A DNA stretch of 64,000 nucleotides from an uncultured Chloroflexia bacterium (GCA_963698715.1 CAVORW010000004.1:697550-761549), one strand, 5' to 3'; positions 10,671 through 20,653 are shown, numbered from the stretch's first letter. Notes: a model not told the origin generated them from the letters alone. Numbers and translations are program-made.

Positions 10671-11132
10671 TTACTCAACCTTCAAAATGCGGACGACAAA
10701 TGAACCGCCAGGTGCATCGACTTTAACCGTATCGCCGGCTCGATGATCCATCAACGCCCTTCCGAGCGGAGATTCATTCGAGATGCGACCTTCGCGCGGA
10801 TTGGCTTCAGCTGGACCGACGATAATATAATTCTCAGGATCGTTGTCATCTTCCTGAATGGACACTTTGGCTGCAATCTGAACAACATCCTTTTTCCCGG
10901 TTTCATCAACAACGCGGGCATTTGCTAGGAGCATCTCAAGTTCCTGGATACGACCTTCCACAAAAGCTTGTTCATTTTTTGCAGCTTCATATTCAGCATC
11001 TTCGATTAATTCACCACCCTCCATAGCTTCATGCAGGCGGTTAGCAACCTCCTGGCGCTTGGTGGTACGAAGGTATTCCAGTTCGTCTAGCAATTTTTCG
11101 TAGCCCGGACGGGTTAAGAATGAAGGCGGCAT
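10671..11132 (-). CDS. greA: Transcription elongation factor GreA
   Basis: MPPSFLTRPGYEKLLDELEYLRTTKRQEVANRLHEAMEGGEL...; ATG at 11132 after AGGAAA. Confidence 0.9.
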   Translation of the reverse strand: MPPSFLTRPGYEKLLDELEYLRTTKRQEVANRLHEAMEGGELIEDAEYEAAKNEQAFVEGRIQELEMLLANARVVDETGKKDVVQIAAKVSIQEDDNDPENYIIVGPAEANPREGRISNESPLGRALMDHRAGDTVKVDAPGGSFVVRILKVE

Positions 11133-11413
11133 TTTATTTTCCTGACTAACTGATATTGGGGGCAGTTTGAAATTCAATCCATTTCAATGGAAACAAGTGT
11201 AAAACCCCACGAATTTATTTCAAACGATCACTCCACAAAATTGCCCAGCCTGTTCAAGACAGCGAAATGTGGGTCAGCGTTGGGGGCACTTACGCCTTTG
11301 CCTGAGCAACTCCATAAAACAAAACCACTCCAAGGGGAGCGATTTTAATCAAAGCACCCATATTTGAAAAGCGAACGGCGTTCTGAGGGGTAGCCCTCTG
11401 CCGCCGCGCGGAT

Positions 11414-11442
11414 ATTTTAGCATAGATTATTATGAAACGCAA
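11414..11442 (-). promoter_or_regulatory. Putative promoter of greA (implies a leader of about 275 nt)
   Basis: Minus strand TTGCGT (11442..11437), 17 nt, TAAAAT (11419..11414). Confidence 0.45.
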
Positions 11443-11496
11443 GTTCATTCGATGGGCTATTCTTGATAAGAATGCAAATTCATTCCTCCAGGTGGG

Positions 11497-12318
11497 CTAT
11501 GTCCATGATCGCTCTTTGGGAATTTCTGCGTCGGGGAAGAGATGTGGTGGCGGTTGCCATAGACGCACCCCACCCATTTGCTCCCGATAGTTTTCCAGCG
11601 CTGCTCGGAGCTCATTCATCCCCAACCAGAAGGAGCTAATTTGCGACCGGTAAACCATCACGGACTTTATCCAGGCCTCCAGACCCATCCCAGATATTGG
11701 GAAAACCTTCTTCTTCCAGCCAACCGAAGCCAGCCTGTTAATCTCCTCCAGCCGCTCCTGAGCATAAGGATAATCCGCATAGTACCAGAGCTGGCGTCCT
11801 AACGCTTCTGCCGCCGCCCTGGTTAATTGATGATCAACATGATTTCCAATTGCCAGCGGCGAAACCAGCCTGTCATCTTCTGAGAGGAGCATGGAAAGGG
11901 ACTGTCGAACTGTATCAACCAGCTGAAGATCTGGAGTTTGTAGCGCGCCAAATAGCATCTTTTCGCCTGTATAAAGGTGGTTACCATCTGCGTCTGTGCG
12001 ATAGATACAATCCGGGATCGTAAAATGGCGATATGTGGCATCAATTTCCAGGCAAGCCTGCTGATCTTCTTCTCTCCGGAGTGCAACGACCTCCCGATCG
12101 ATTCGCCAACGGTCATGCAGCGACAGGGCAAAATGGGATAGCGGGCCAGCCGGTGGGTCTCCTGCACAGATCGTCCAGATTTCAACTGGCTTCCCTGCCT
12201 GAACCTGTTCCCAGACCAACCCACCACAAGAAATCGCCACATCGTCCAGGTGCGGTGAAAGGTAGATCCACTTATTCATAAGCCCATTTTTACCATAAAT
12301 ATCTCGCGCTACGGACAT
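11497..12318 (-). CDS. PIG-L / LmbE family deacetylase
   Basis: YLSPHLDDVAISCGG and AIGNHVDHQ motifs. The start may instead be 12279 (MNKWIYLSPH). Confidence 0.75.
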   Translation of the reverse strand: MSVARDIYGKNGLMNKWIYLSPHLDDVAISCGGLVWEQVQAGKPVEIWTICAGDPPAGPLSHFALSLHDRWRIDREVVALRREEDQQACLEIDATYRHFTIPDCIYRTDADGNHLYTGEKMLFGALQTPDLQLVDTVRQSLSMLLSEDDRLVSPLAIGNHVDHQLTRAAAEALGRQLWYYADYPYAQERLEEINRLASVGWKKKVFPISGMGLEAWIKSVMVYRSQISSFWLGMNELRAALENYREQMGGVRLWQPPPHLFPDAEIPKERSWT

Positions 12319-12346
12319 TCATGGCAATACTTGATGAGTCCCCTAC

Positions 12347-12375
12347 TTGCGCCCACTGTCGCCTGGTGTTATCAT
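12347..12375 (+). promoter_or_regulatory. Putative promoter for 12438..12935
   Basis: TTGCGC (12347..12352), 17 nt, TATCAT (12370..12375). Confidence 0.4.
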
Positions 12376-12437
12376 CTAAACCTCGATAGAGTGTAATTCA
12401 CCTGAAGACTATTCGCAAATCAGCTGACTGCTAACCG

Positions 12438-12935
12438 ATGAACATTACTCCCGATGCACGTTATCGTATCCGTTTTATTCTTATCGCAATCATCCTGGCA
12501 ACCTTGCCATGCTACTGCGCTGGGGTCTTCATGGTCTCACAGGCGCGTCGAATTGCTAGCCTGCCCACCCGCACACCAACCCTGACAGCAACCGCTACAC
12601 TTACACCCACAGCCACATCAACCCTGATCCCATCTCAAACACCTCAGACACCTTCAGCAACGGCTACCCAAACTCCGACTGGAACAATGACATCGAGCGT
12701 TACGACAACAGCTACACAGACCGCTACGTCTACAACGACCCCAACCAGCACCATCACCCCAACCCCCACCGTTTCGAACACGCCGGTGACACCCAGCATT
12801 ACGCCGACGGTCACCCCAGTGACACCCAGCCCAACCCCAGTGACGCCCAGCCCAACTTCTGTGGTCATCACAATCAACCCCGGCACCAGCACACACACCC
12901 CTACCGTAACACAGAAACCACCTGATGAACCTTAA
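12438..12935 (+). CDS. Membrane-anchored Thr/Pro-rich low-complexity protein
   Basis: N-terminal TM helix (FILIAIILATLPCYCAGVFMV), then ~120 aa of T/P/S repeats including a tandem VTPSPTP unit. Confidence 0.55.
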   Translation: MNITPDARYRIRFILIAIILATLPCYCAGVFMVSQARRIASLPTRTPTLTATATLTPTATSTLIPSQTPQTPSATATQTPTGTMTSSVTTTATQTATSTTTPTSTITPTPTVSNTPVTPSITPTVTPVTPSPTPVTPSPTSVVITINPGTSTHTPTVTQKPPDEP

Positions 12936-13011
12936 TTCAGTTGCTGCAGGCAACCCATCCTCAAGATGACCAGGAATGCGTGCGATGCCAAACTATTTTC
13001 CTAAATAAAAC

Positions 13012-14070
13012 ATGTCAGAACTCCAACCTTTCCTAAAAACCCTTATCTCAGCGCCTGGTCTCTCGGGCCATGAGGCCCCAATTCGCAAACTAATCGAAGC
13101 TGAATGGCAGCCATTATGCGACCAGATCAATGTCAGCCGCCTGGGCAGTTTGCAAGCATTAAGATTGGGTACAGAAGATGAACCCCGCAACAGCCTGCTT
13201 TTAGCTGCCCACATGGATGCGATTGGCATGATGGTCACAGGCATCACCGATGGTTTTCTTCGCGCGACCCAAATTGGTGGGATTGACCCGCGTGTCTTAC
13301 CAGGACAAATCGTTACCGTGCATGGACACCAAGACCTGCCTGGCATGATTGTTCAACCCCCACCCCACCAGATGCCTGCAGAATATGCAAACTCCCCAGT
13401 ACCGCTGAACCATTTATTGATTGATGTCGGATTGAACCCCCGCCAGGTAACGCGGCTGGTTCGAGTTGGGAATCTTGTCTCGTTCGCTCAACCGCCTCTG
13501 GATTTGAGCAGCGATATCCTGGTCGGCCATTCACTGGATAACCGCGCTTCTGTAGCGGCGGTCACTTTCTGCCTGGAATCGCTTCAAAAGCGTACGTTGG
13601 CCTGGGATGTATGGGCGGTAGCCACTACCCAAGAAGAAGAAACCCTTGGCGGAGCGGCAACTTCCGCATTTGGACTGCGACCGACACTGGCTGTAGCCAT
13701 CGATATGACCTTTGGCGCCAGCCCCGGTAGCCCTGGGCATAAAACTTTTCCGATTGGTAAAGGGATTACTCTAGGATGGGGTCCTAACATCCATCCGGCC
13801 CTGTTTAAGGTTTTCAAAGAGCTTGCCGAACGCCTCGAAATCCCATACAAGATGGAGGTCATGCCGCGCAATTCAGGGACAGATGCCATTGCAATGCAGG
13901 TCGCAGCTGAAGGCGTCCCAACGATGGTGATCAGTATTCCACTGCGCTACATGCACACCCCGGTTGAAATGGTCTCTTTGAAAGATATTCAGCGCGCAGG
14001 CCGTTTGCTGGCTGAATTTGCGGCCAACCTGGATGCTACTTTCATGGAAAAGCTCATCTGGGATGCCTGA
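13012..14070 (+). CDS. M42 family metallo-aminopeptidase (paralog 1)
   Basis: APGLSGHE...LLAAHMDAIGMMV...TTQEEETLGGA...; typical size for the family. Confidence 0.85.
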   Translation: MSELQPFLKTLISAPGLSGHEAPIRKLIEAEWQPLCDQINVSRLGSLQALRLGTEDEPRNSLLLAAHMDAIGMMVTGITDGFLRATQIGGIDPRVLPGQIVTVHGHQDLPGMIVQPPPHQMPAEYANSPVPLNHLLIDVGLNPRQVTRLVRVGNLVSFAQPPLDLSSDILVGHSLDNRASVAAVTFCLESLQKRTLAWDVWAVATTQEEETLGGAATSAFGLRPTLAVAIDMTFGASPGSPGHKTFPIGKGITLGWGPNIHPALFKVFKELAERLEIPYKMEVMPRNSGTDAIAMQVAAEGVPTMVISIPLRYMHTPVEMVSLKDIQRAGRLLAEFAANLDATFMEKLIWDA

Positions 14071-14133
14071 CAGCCGCTCATTTCTGACAGCTAAACAATT
14101 TACGCTCTCTTAATGGACCCTGGAGATAGCAGA

Positions 14134-15261
14134 ATGACAGAAAGTCACGAAAACTCGTTTTACCTCCCGCCAAAGATAGGCAGTGCTCAACTGAAGCTGC
14201 TTGAACGTCTATGTAACGCCTGCGCTGTATCTGGGGACGAATCCGAGGTTCGCACGATTGTGCTTGATCAAATCCGGGAGCATATCAAAAAAAATCCTGA
14301 ACTCAATACTGAAATTAAGATCACAACGGATCATCTTGGGAATGTTCTGATCAGCCGTCAGGGCCGTTCGCCAAACCGCATGCGTATCATGGTAGCAGCC
14401 CATATGGACGAAGTCGGTTTTATGCTGACCAATGATGAAGATGACGGTATCTTTCGCTTCGAAGTGGTTGGTGGGATAGACGAACGCCAGCTGGCAGGTA
14501 AACCGGTCGTGGTCGGAAAAGACCGTGTGCCGGGAGTAATCGGAGCGAAACCTATCCATCTGACCACTGCTGAGGAGCGCAAACACAACATAACAATCGA
14601 CAGTTTGCGAATTGATCTAGGCCCTGGCAATGGTGGCAAAGCCAAAATTGGCGACCGAGCAACCTTTGCCACCGCCTTCAGCAAAATGGGGCCCAGCATA
14701 CGAGCCAAGGCACTGGATGATCGCCTGGGGGTAGCCAGCCTGATCGAGCTGATAAAACATTCACCGCCCAATATCGATTTGCTGGCTGCCTTCACCGTCC
14801 AGGAAGAAATCGGCCTGCGCGGTGCAACAGTTGCAGCTTATGCACTGGATCCCCAGTTGGCCATCGTCCTGGATGCCACGCCGGCAAACGATCTGCCTGC
14901 CTGGGACCCCTCTGAAGATGGCGAAAACCAACACTACAACACCCGCCTGGATGGCGGTCCGGCGATCTATCTGGCAGACCGGATGGTCTTTTCAGACCCG
15001 CGCCTGATCCGGCATATCAGCGAGATAGCCGAACGACTGAAAATCCCCTATCAATTCAGGCAACCGGGCGGCGGCGGGACTGACGCAGGAACGATCCATA
15101 AACAAAGGTCTGGAATACCCAGTATTTCCATTTCCGTACCAGCCCGATACACCCATACTACCGCCAGCATTTCCCGATTATCTGACTGGCAAAATACGCT
15201 GGCGTTGGTGTATGCCGCCTTGGCTAATCTTACGCCAGATATTCTTCAGCCGCTGGAATAG
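14134..15261 (+). CDS. M42 family metallo-aminopeptidase (paralog 2)
   Basis: VAAHMDEVGFML, FTVQEEIGLRGA. The ATG at 14134 has GGAGA upstream; the ATG at 14113 has no RBS. Confidence 0.85.
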   Translation: MTESHENSFYLPPKIGSAQLKLLERLCNACAVSGDESEVRTIVLDQIREHIKKNPELNTEIKITTDHLGNVLISRQGRSPNRMRIMVAAHMDEVGFMLTNDEDDGIFRFEVVGGIDERQLAGKPVVVGKDRVPGVIGAKPIHLTTAEERKHNITIDSLRIDLGPGNGGKAKIGDRATFATAFSKMGPSIRAKALDDRLGVASLIELIKHSPPNIDLLAAFTVQEEIGLRGATVAAYALDPQLAIVLDATPANDLPAWDPSEDGENQHYNTRLDGGPAIYLADRMVFSDPRLIRHISEIAERLKIPYQFRQPGGGGTDAGTIHKQRSGIPSISISVPARYTHTTASISRLSDWQNTLALVYAALANLTPDILQPLE

Positions 15262-15332
15262 CTTGCCGGAGGAATGGTGAACACCAATCTCGATCTACTT
15301 CAAAGTAGCTACAAAGTTGTCAGGAGTATGGA

Positions 15333-16343
15333 ATGAAAAACCTAATCCAAAAGCTGGTTGAGACCGCAGGCCCCTCGGGATTTGAGACCAAGATTCGGAA
15401 AGTAATTCGGGAAGAAATCGAGCCATTCTGTGACGAAATTCGAGTTGATCAGCTTGGTAACCTGATAGCAGCTAAAGGCAGTCCTACCCCAGGATCAAAG
15501 AGGATTATGCTGGCGGCCCACATGGATGAGATTGGGCTCATGGCTACCCATATCGATGAAGCTGGTTATATCCGATTTTTACCCATCGGTGGAGTTTCAC
15601 CTTTAACTTGCCTGGGAGGCCGGGTCAAATTCCTGAATGGCGCAGCAGGCGTAATCGGTGCTGAGCGCCTTGATCCTGGTAAAACGCCCTCCATGAGCCA
15701 GCTCTTTATTGATATAGGCTGTTCTTCGCGAGAAAACTCCCAGGTAAGCGTTGGAGATGTGGCAGTTTTTGAACGTCCTTTCAGCAGCTTGGGACAGCGC
15801 CTGGTAGCCAAAGCCATGGATGATCGGATCAGTGTTGCAATTTTGATCGAAACACTGCGACAGATTTCCGAAACCAAAGGCGAACTGGCTCATCAAGTAT
15901 ATTTTGTCTTTTCCGTTCAGGAAGAAGTTGGTACCCGCGGAGCCACAACTGCTGCCTTTGGAATAGAGCCCGACCTGGGATTAGCCGTAGATGTGACCTC
16001 TACTGGTGACACACCCAAAGGGCTAAAAATGGAAGTCCGCCTGGGGCGTGGGCCAGCAATCAAAGTGCGCGACCAGGGAAATTTATCCGACCCAAGAGTG
16101 GTAGCTTGGATGGTAAAAACGGCCGAGAAAGCCCGAATACCCTATCAGATGGAAGTATTAGAGCGTGGCGGCACAGATGCCCGTGCTATCCAGCTCTCAC
16201 GGGCTGGCGTCCCAGCTGGCTGTCTCTCAATTCCATGCCGCTACATTCATACACCTTCCGAGATGGTGGATCTCCGAGATGTAGAAAATGCGGTTAAACT
16301 CTTGGTTGCGCTGCTCAGCCAACCAATCGAATTGGGTGAATAG
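15333..16343 (+). CDS. M42 family metallo-aminopeptidase (paralog 3)
   Basis: ETAGPSGFE, LAAHMDEIGLMA, FSVQEEVGTRGA. AGGAG RBS. Confidence 0.9.
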   Translation: MKNLIQKLVETAGPSGFETKIRKVIREEIEPFCDEIRVDQLGNLIAAKGSPTPGSKRIMLAAHMDEIGLMATHIDEAGYIRFLPIGGVSPLTCLGGRVKFLNGAAGVIGAERLDPGKTPSMSQLFIDIGCSSRENSQVSVGDVAVFERPFSSLGQRLVAKAMDDRISVAILIETLRQISETKGELAHQVYFVFSVQEEVGTRGATTAAFGIEPDLGLAVDVTSTGDTPKGLKMEVRLGRGPAIKVRDQGNLSDPRVVAWMVKTAEKARIPYQMEVLERGGTDARAIQLSRAGVPAGCLSIPCRYIHTPSEMVDLRDVENAVKLLVALLSQPIELGE

Positions 16344-16378
16344 TGACTGATTCGCCTGGCCGGAAGGTACTTTTATCT

Positions 16379-17725
16379 ATGAAATATCCAAGTCTGATCA
16401 TTGGGTTGCTGCTCATCCTGCTGTCAGCCTGTTCAAGCCTACCGCCGCCGTTCGGCACGCAGGAACAGATCGTGTCAACACCCATCACAACCACTCCCGG
16501 TGGTTCTCCCGCTGCTCCGACGCCAACTGTAATAGAAGGTACGGCTCCAGTTGAAACAGCCCCTGCGGAGGAAAACACGCCGGGTTCTGGCACCTCTCCC
16601 AGCCCAATTGTACTGCTTTTGTGGTTACCCCCAGAATTTGACCCTGAAGCGGGTACGCCAGCCGCCGAACTATTCCGAGCCCGGTTGGAAGAATTTTCGC
16701 GCCGCCGGCCGGGAATCCGCACCGAAGTACGCATAAAAGCCCTTGAAGGCCCCGGAGGCTTGCTGGACTCTCTTACCACGGCCAGCGCAGCAGCGCCAGT
16801 GGCCCTACCCGATCTGGTTGCCTTGCCGCGCCCGATGCTCGAAACTGCTGCCCTAAAAGGCTTACTGCATCCATTCGACGGGCTTACCAATGCCCTGGAG
16901 AATCCCGATTGGTTTGACTTCGCCCGTCAGCTGGCTCATTTGCAAAACAGCACATTTGGTCTGCCGATCGCAGGGGATGCGCAGGTTCTGGTGTACCGGC
17001 CAGCTGTAATCGGCACACCACCCCCAGACTGGACAACCACGCTGACGATGGAAACCCCGCTGGCGTTTTCCGCTTCCGATCCCCAAAGCATCTTTACACT
17101 GGGTTTGTATCAATCCATCGATGGGGCACTGTTTGACGAGCAGGGCCGTCCAACACTGGAGAACGATCCCCTCACTAGAGTATTGGAGTTTTATCATCAG
17201 GCAGAACAGAATGGCGTGATGCCGTATTGGATTACACAATATCAGACTGACGAGCAAGCCTGGCAGGCGTTTGAGAGCGGAGAAACGGACCTGGTCATAT
17301 CCTGGTCATCACGCTATCTGTCCAGCAGGCTGGCAGACACAGCCATCGCCCCTCTGCCTACTGAGAATGGCGAACCATACACCCTGGCAAATGGCTGGGT
17401 TTGGGCGCTTTCTACCCCGCATGCCGACCGTCAGAGTCTGGGGGCTGAGTTGGCCGAATACTTGACAGATAGTATATTTTTAGCCCAATGGAGCCAGGCC
17501 GCTGGAACTATTCCCCCACAACCAAGTGCCATGCGCGCCTGGGCCGATACTTCGCTGCAAGCGTTGGTTAACCGGGTTGCCATCTCGGCGCGCATCATCC
17601 CATCCACCGACTTGATTACCAGTCTGGGTCCACCTGTGCAGCAAGCTGTCGTAGCAGTTCTAAAAGAACAAAGTGACCCTCAAGTGGCTTCTCAGGCAGC
17701 CATCGAAAGTGTAGCCAACCCGTAA
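16379..17725 (+). CDS. ABC-type extracellular solute-binding lipoprotein (family 1, sugar-type)
   Basis: MKYPSLIIGLLLILLSACSS lipobox, Pro/Thr linker, SBP_bac_1-like body. Confidence 0.75.
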   Translation: MKYPSLIIGLLLILLSACSSLPPPFGTQEQIVSTPITTTPGGSPAAPTPTVIEGTAPVETAPAEENTPGSGTSPSPIVLLLWLPPEFDPEAGTPAAELFRARLEEFSRRRPGIRTEVRIKALEGPGGLLDSLTTASAAAPVALPDLVALPRPMLETAALKGLLHPFDGLTNALENPDWFDFARQLAHLQNSTFGLPIAGDAQVLVYRPAVIGTPPPDWTTTLTMETPLAFSASDPQSIFTLGLYQSIDGALFDEQGRPTLENDPLTRVLEFYHQAEQNGVMPYWITQYQTDEQAWQAFESGETDLVISWSSRYLSSRLADTAIAPLPTENGEPYTLANGWVWALSTPHADRQSLGAELAEYLTDSIFLAQWSQAAGTIPPQPSAMRAWADTSLQALVNRVAISARIIPSTDLITSLGPPVQQAVVAVLKEQSDPQVASQAAIESVANP

Positions 17726-17751
17726 ACTTGCTTGCTCCCCTTTGCAGATGT

Positions 17752-17946
17752 TAGGGTAATCGCATTTGAAATATTCACAATCGTTTTTGCCCATTCTAAC
17801 CGGGACTTGGCACTAACTTAGGTCATAGAAGCTTCTTCGGGGCGATAATTTGCTATCCCGGAGTGTTCCCAGAGCCTGCCGAAGGGCCTTCAATGCACAA
17901 AAATGGGTCTTCGGTCGAGCCAAAAAATCCTAATGCGATTACCCTA
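17752..17946. mobile_element. MITE-like non-autonomous element: 195 bp, 15-bp perfect TIR, flanked by a 10-bp direct repeat
   Basis: TAGGGTAATCGCATT (17752..17766) and AATGCGATTACCCTA (17932..17946). TTGCAGATGT occurs immediately outside both ends (17742..17751 and 17947..17956). No ORF; the interior looks less GC-rich than its surroundings by eye. Confidence 0.6.
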
Positions 17947-17959
17947 TTGCAGATGTAAG

Positions 17960-17988
17960 TTGACGAATTAGGGTGGCGATGTTATGAT
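17960..17988 (+). promoter_or_regulatory. Putative promoter of the LysM/M23 gene
   Basis: TTGACG (17960..17965), 17 nt, TATGAT (17983..17988). Confidence 0.5.
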
Positions 17989-18009
17989 GCGCCCGGAGAT
18001 ACTTTAAGA

Positions 18010-19257
18010 ATGCCTAAAACTGACTTTCTCAACGACTTTCCTGTTGAAGAGAGTGCCTCTACTCAGAAGAAAGCCCCGGATCAGCTCACAAGCCCAGTGA
18101 TTAACTCTCCCGAGTCAAACCCTGGTGAGAGAGCCCGGTTTCTGGTTATATGGGAACAGCTCTCTCAGGCTGGTTTAGCAGAAATCACTGTCCGCCTGGG
18201 TACCAATATCCTGCTGATTGCTCTAATATTAATCGTGGCCTGGGGGATGCGCGAACTATACACTCGCGCTCAAGTGCTGCAACCTGCCCAAGAAGCAGTT
18301 CTGGCAGCTGAGATGACAGCCCCTTCACCGACTGAAATCGCGCCAATATTGCCAGAATTCAAATTTGACCTGGTTCCTGTCAGGGGAGTGACACGTTTAG
18401 CGCGCCTGCACACAGATGTTCCTTCTCTACAGAGGCTTGAGGTAGCAAAATATACGGTCAAATCAGGGGATACTCTATTTGGCATCGCCGAGAAGTTTGG
18501 CCTGAAACCTGAAACAATCCTATGGGGTAACCAGTTTGTTTTAGGTGATAATCCCCATAATTTACAGCCAGGCCAGGAGTTAAATATTTTGCCCATCAAT
18601 GGAACTTATCATAAATGGTCAGCCGGAGATGGTTTGAACGGTGTCGCAAAATTCTTCGGTGTTGACCCAGAAGAAATCATCAACTTCTCTGGCAACCACC
18701 TGAATCCCGATACGATTGGCGATTGGTCACAACCGAATATTGAACCAGGTACCTGGCTGGTAATTCCGGGAGGCACCCGCGAGTTTGTCAGTTGGAGCGC
18801 GCCGGAAATCCCGCGCGATAATCCCACAGTTGCCAGCGTACTAGGGCCGGGCGCCTGCAGTTCGGTTGCAGATGGAGCCATCGGCATTGGCGCTTTCATC
18901 TGGCCAGCAAACAGGCATTATCTCTCCGGTTTCGACTACAACCCCAGCGCCAACCATCGCGGAATCGATATCGATGGTGAAACCGGCGATCCAGTTTACG
19001 CAGCCGATAATGGCGTTGTGGTTTATGCCGGCTGGAATAATTGGGGCTACGGCAATGTGGTCGTCATTAACCATGGCAATAGCTGGCAGACGCTCTATGC
19101 TCACCTGAGTGCCTTAACTGTCGGATGCGGGCAATCTGTGTTCCAGGGCTCTATGGTCGGGGCAATCGGCAGCACGGGCAATTCTACGGGCTCGCACCTG
19201 CATTACGAGATGATGTACGCGGGTGGGAAGGTTAATCCCTGGGATTATCTGCCCTGA
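18010..19257 (+). CDS. LysM domain plus M23 family peptidoglycan metalloendopeptidase
   Basis: LysM YTVKSGDTLFGIAEKFGL. M23 HRGIDIDGETGDPVYAADNG...GSTGNSTGSHLHYEM. N-terminal TM. Confidence 0.9.
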   Translation: MPKTDFLNDFPVEESASTQKKAPDQLTSPVINSPESNPGERARFLVIWEQLSQAGLAEITVRLGTNILLIALILIVAWGMRELYTRAQVLQPAQEAVLAAEMTAPSPTEIAPILPEFKFDLVPVRGVTRLARLHTDVPSLQRLEVAKYTVKSGDTLFGIAEKFGLKPETILWGNQFVLGDNPHNLQPGQELNILPINGTYHKWSAGDGLNGVAKFFGVDPEEIINFSGNHLNPDTIGDWSQPNIEPGTWLVIPGGTREFVSWSAPEIPRDNPTVASVLGPGACSSVADGAIGIGAFIWPANRHYLSGFDYNPSANHRGIDIDGETGDPVYAADNGVVVYAGWNNWGYGNVVVINHGNSWQTLYAHLSALTVGCGQSVFQGSMVGAIGSTGNSTGSHLHYEMMYAGGKVNPWDYLP

Positions 19258-19282
19258 CGGTTTCGGTGTGTCAGAGGATAAC

Positions 19283-19326
19283 AAAAAGGTGCGATTGCCG
19301 GCATACACCGACAATCGCACCTTTTT
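19283..19326. terminator. Bidirectional intrinsic terminator between convergent genes
   Basis: AAAAAGGTGCGATTG, 14-nt loop, CAATCGCACCTTTTT. Confidence 0.7.
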
Positions 19327-19357
19327 CGTGCCTGTACTCAGGCAGATTCGAGCAAGC

Positions 19358-20653
19358 TCACAAACGAGCCGCCAGAAACGGCACCAACATCTCGCTCGAG
19401 TGCAATCCACCATGCCTGCCCATCATGCGATTAGCCTTATTTCCCCACCACAAATAAGCGTCTCCCCGGCTGAGGACGATATAGTCACCGATCCTGTTCA
19501 ATAGATCGTGATGTGGCTCGCCTGGGCCAAATAGTCCAGCTTCAGCGGCATAAACACTCTCCAACACCACAAACTGGTTAGGCCAGGTACGATTCAGGTA
19601 TTCCCGCACGGCTTCAGTCTGTCCAGGACGGATAAAGAGATAAGCCAACCGATTCTCGCCGCTTGGAAGGATATGTAAACGGCGGGTTAGATTGGGATGA
19701 TTGTTAAGATCATAATGGGGATTGACGGGTGTGGTGATTTGGCCGTGATCGCCAGTTAAGATCAAGAGTGTACCTTGACGGGCCTGTGGGCTGAGCCGAT
19801 CCAGGAAGAGCCGCTGGAAAGCCGCGCTAAAGCTGGCAAACTCAGCAGCCGGGCGTTCGTCATCCGGTCCATAACGGTGCGAGAAGGTGTCCACCTCCCC
19901 CCAATAGACCCAGCTGTAGAACCGCTCCTGAGCTTGTGCTTCAAACAATTCGCGCAGGCTGATCCACAGATCGGTCGCATTCACCACACCGCGTGTATGC
20001 ACATCCTTAAAAAACATCTGGGATAGGCCCGAATCCACAATCGAAAAGTGCTGGCGGGCGAAACTTTGAACGCCATAGTTCGCCAGGTGAACCCCTAACG
20101 TGGGGAGCGCCAGAAAATCGCGCGGGGTGAATCCGGCACTGGTAAGGCTGCCGACCCCATCCCGGTAGGAAGCCGGGTTGTGCAAGATGGTGTTTACCAC
20201 CATTCCATATTCTTTTACCCACATCTCGTAACCAGTGATGCCATGGACGGCGGGGCTCTGACCGGTCCACAAACTGGTCAGGGCTGCTGAGGTTGTGCTG
20301 GGCACAATGGAGGTTAGCGGGGCCAGGATGCCCGTTTCAACCAGGCTGCTCCACAGCGGGGCCAGGCCCTTCGCAATCCACTCCTGCAGGTGATGCAGCG
20401 ATAGCGCATCCATCAAAATGACCATCACCTTACGGATCTCCGGCTGGTTAGTAGCGTGAGCTGCCGCCAGATAACGATCATCCAGGGCCGGGGCGCCAAT
20501 TTCTGGCAGGCCGAACAACCGGCAGATGCTGGCAGGTATATTCAGGATAGAGCGCCCCTGGTAGTTCGGATAGATCCATTCCGGTCCAAGGTCTAAGCCG
20601 GGTAAGCGATGAGATCGAATCACTGGCAGCAGTTCATGGCTGATATCTGGCAT
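19358..20653 (-). CDS. Alkaline-phosphatase-superfamily enzyme (type I phosphodiesterase / nucleotide pyrophosphatase-like)
   Basis: VMVILMDALS, PSTTSAALTSLWTG, LTGDHGQ, GRHGGLHSSEM. GGAGG RBS. Confidence 0.7.
   Translation of the reverse strand: MPDISHELLPVIRSHRLPGLDLGPEWIYPNYQGRSILNIPASICRLFGLPEIGAPALDDRYLAAAHATNQPEIRKVMVILMDALSLHHLQEWIAKGLAPLWSSLVETGILAPLTSIVPSTTSAALTSLWTGQSPAVHGITGYEMWVKEYGMVVNTILHNPASYRDGVGSLTSAGFTPRDFLALPTLGVHLANYGVQSFARQHFSIVDSGLSQMFFKDVHTRGVVNATDLWISLRELFEAQAQERFYSWVYWGEVDTFSHRYGPDDERPAAEFASFSAAFQRLFLDRLSPQARQGTLLILTGDHGQITTPVNPHYDLNNHPNLTRRLHILPSGENRLAYLFIRPGQTEAVREYLNRTWPNQFVVLESVYAAEAGLFGPGEPHHDLLNRIGDYIVLSRGDAYLWWGNKANRMMGRHGGLHSSEMLVPFLAARL

Noticed and set aside
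16315-16890. 191-aa minus-strand ORF
   Set aside because: It is entirely antisense to the well-supported SBP lipoprotein gene. Its Ala/Gly/Arg/Ser-rich composition is typical of GC-rich shadow frames, and it has no RBS.
17752-17946. c-di-AMP (ydaO-type) riboswitch upstream of the cell-wall hydrolase gene
   Set aside because: The context is tempting and AATCGC/GCGATT ends are present. However, the conserved internal cores I recall (GGGGA..ACCC, CCGA..CCCG..AGCUAACC) are absent on both strands. The flanking 10-bp duplication fits an insertion better.
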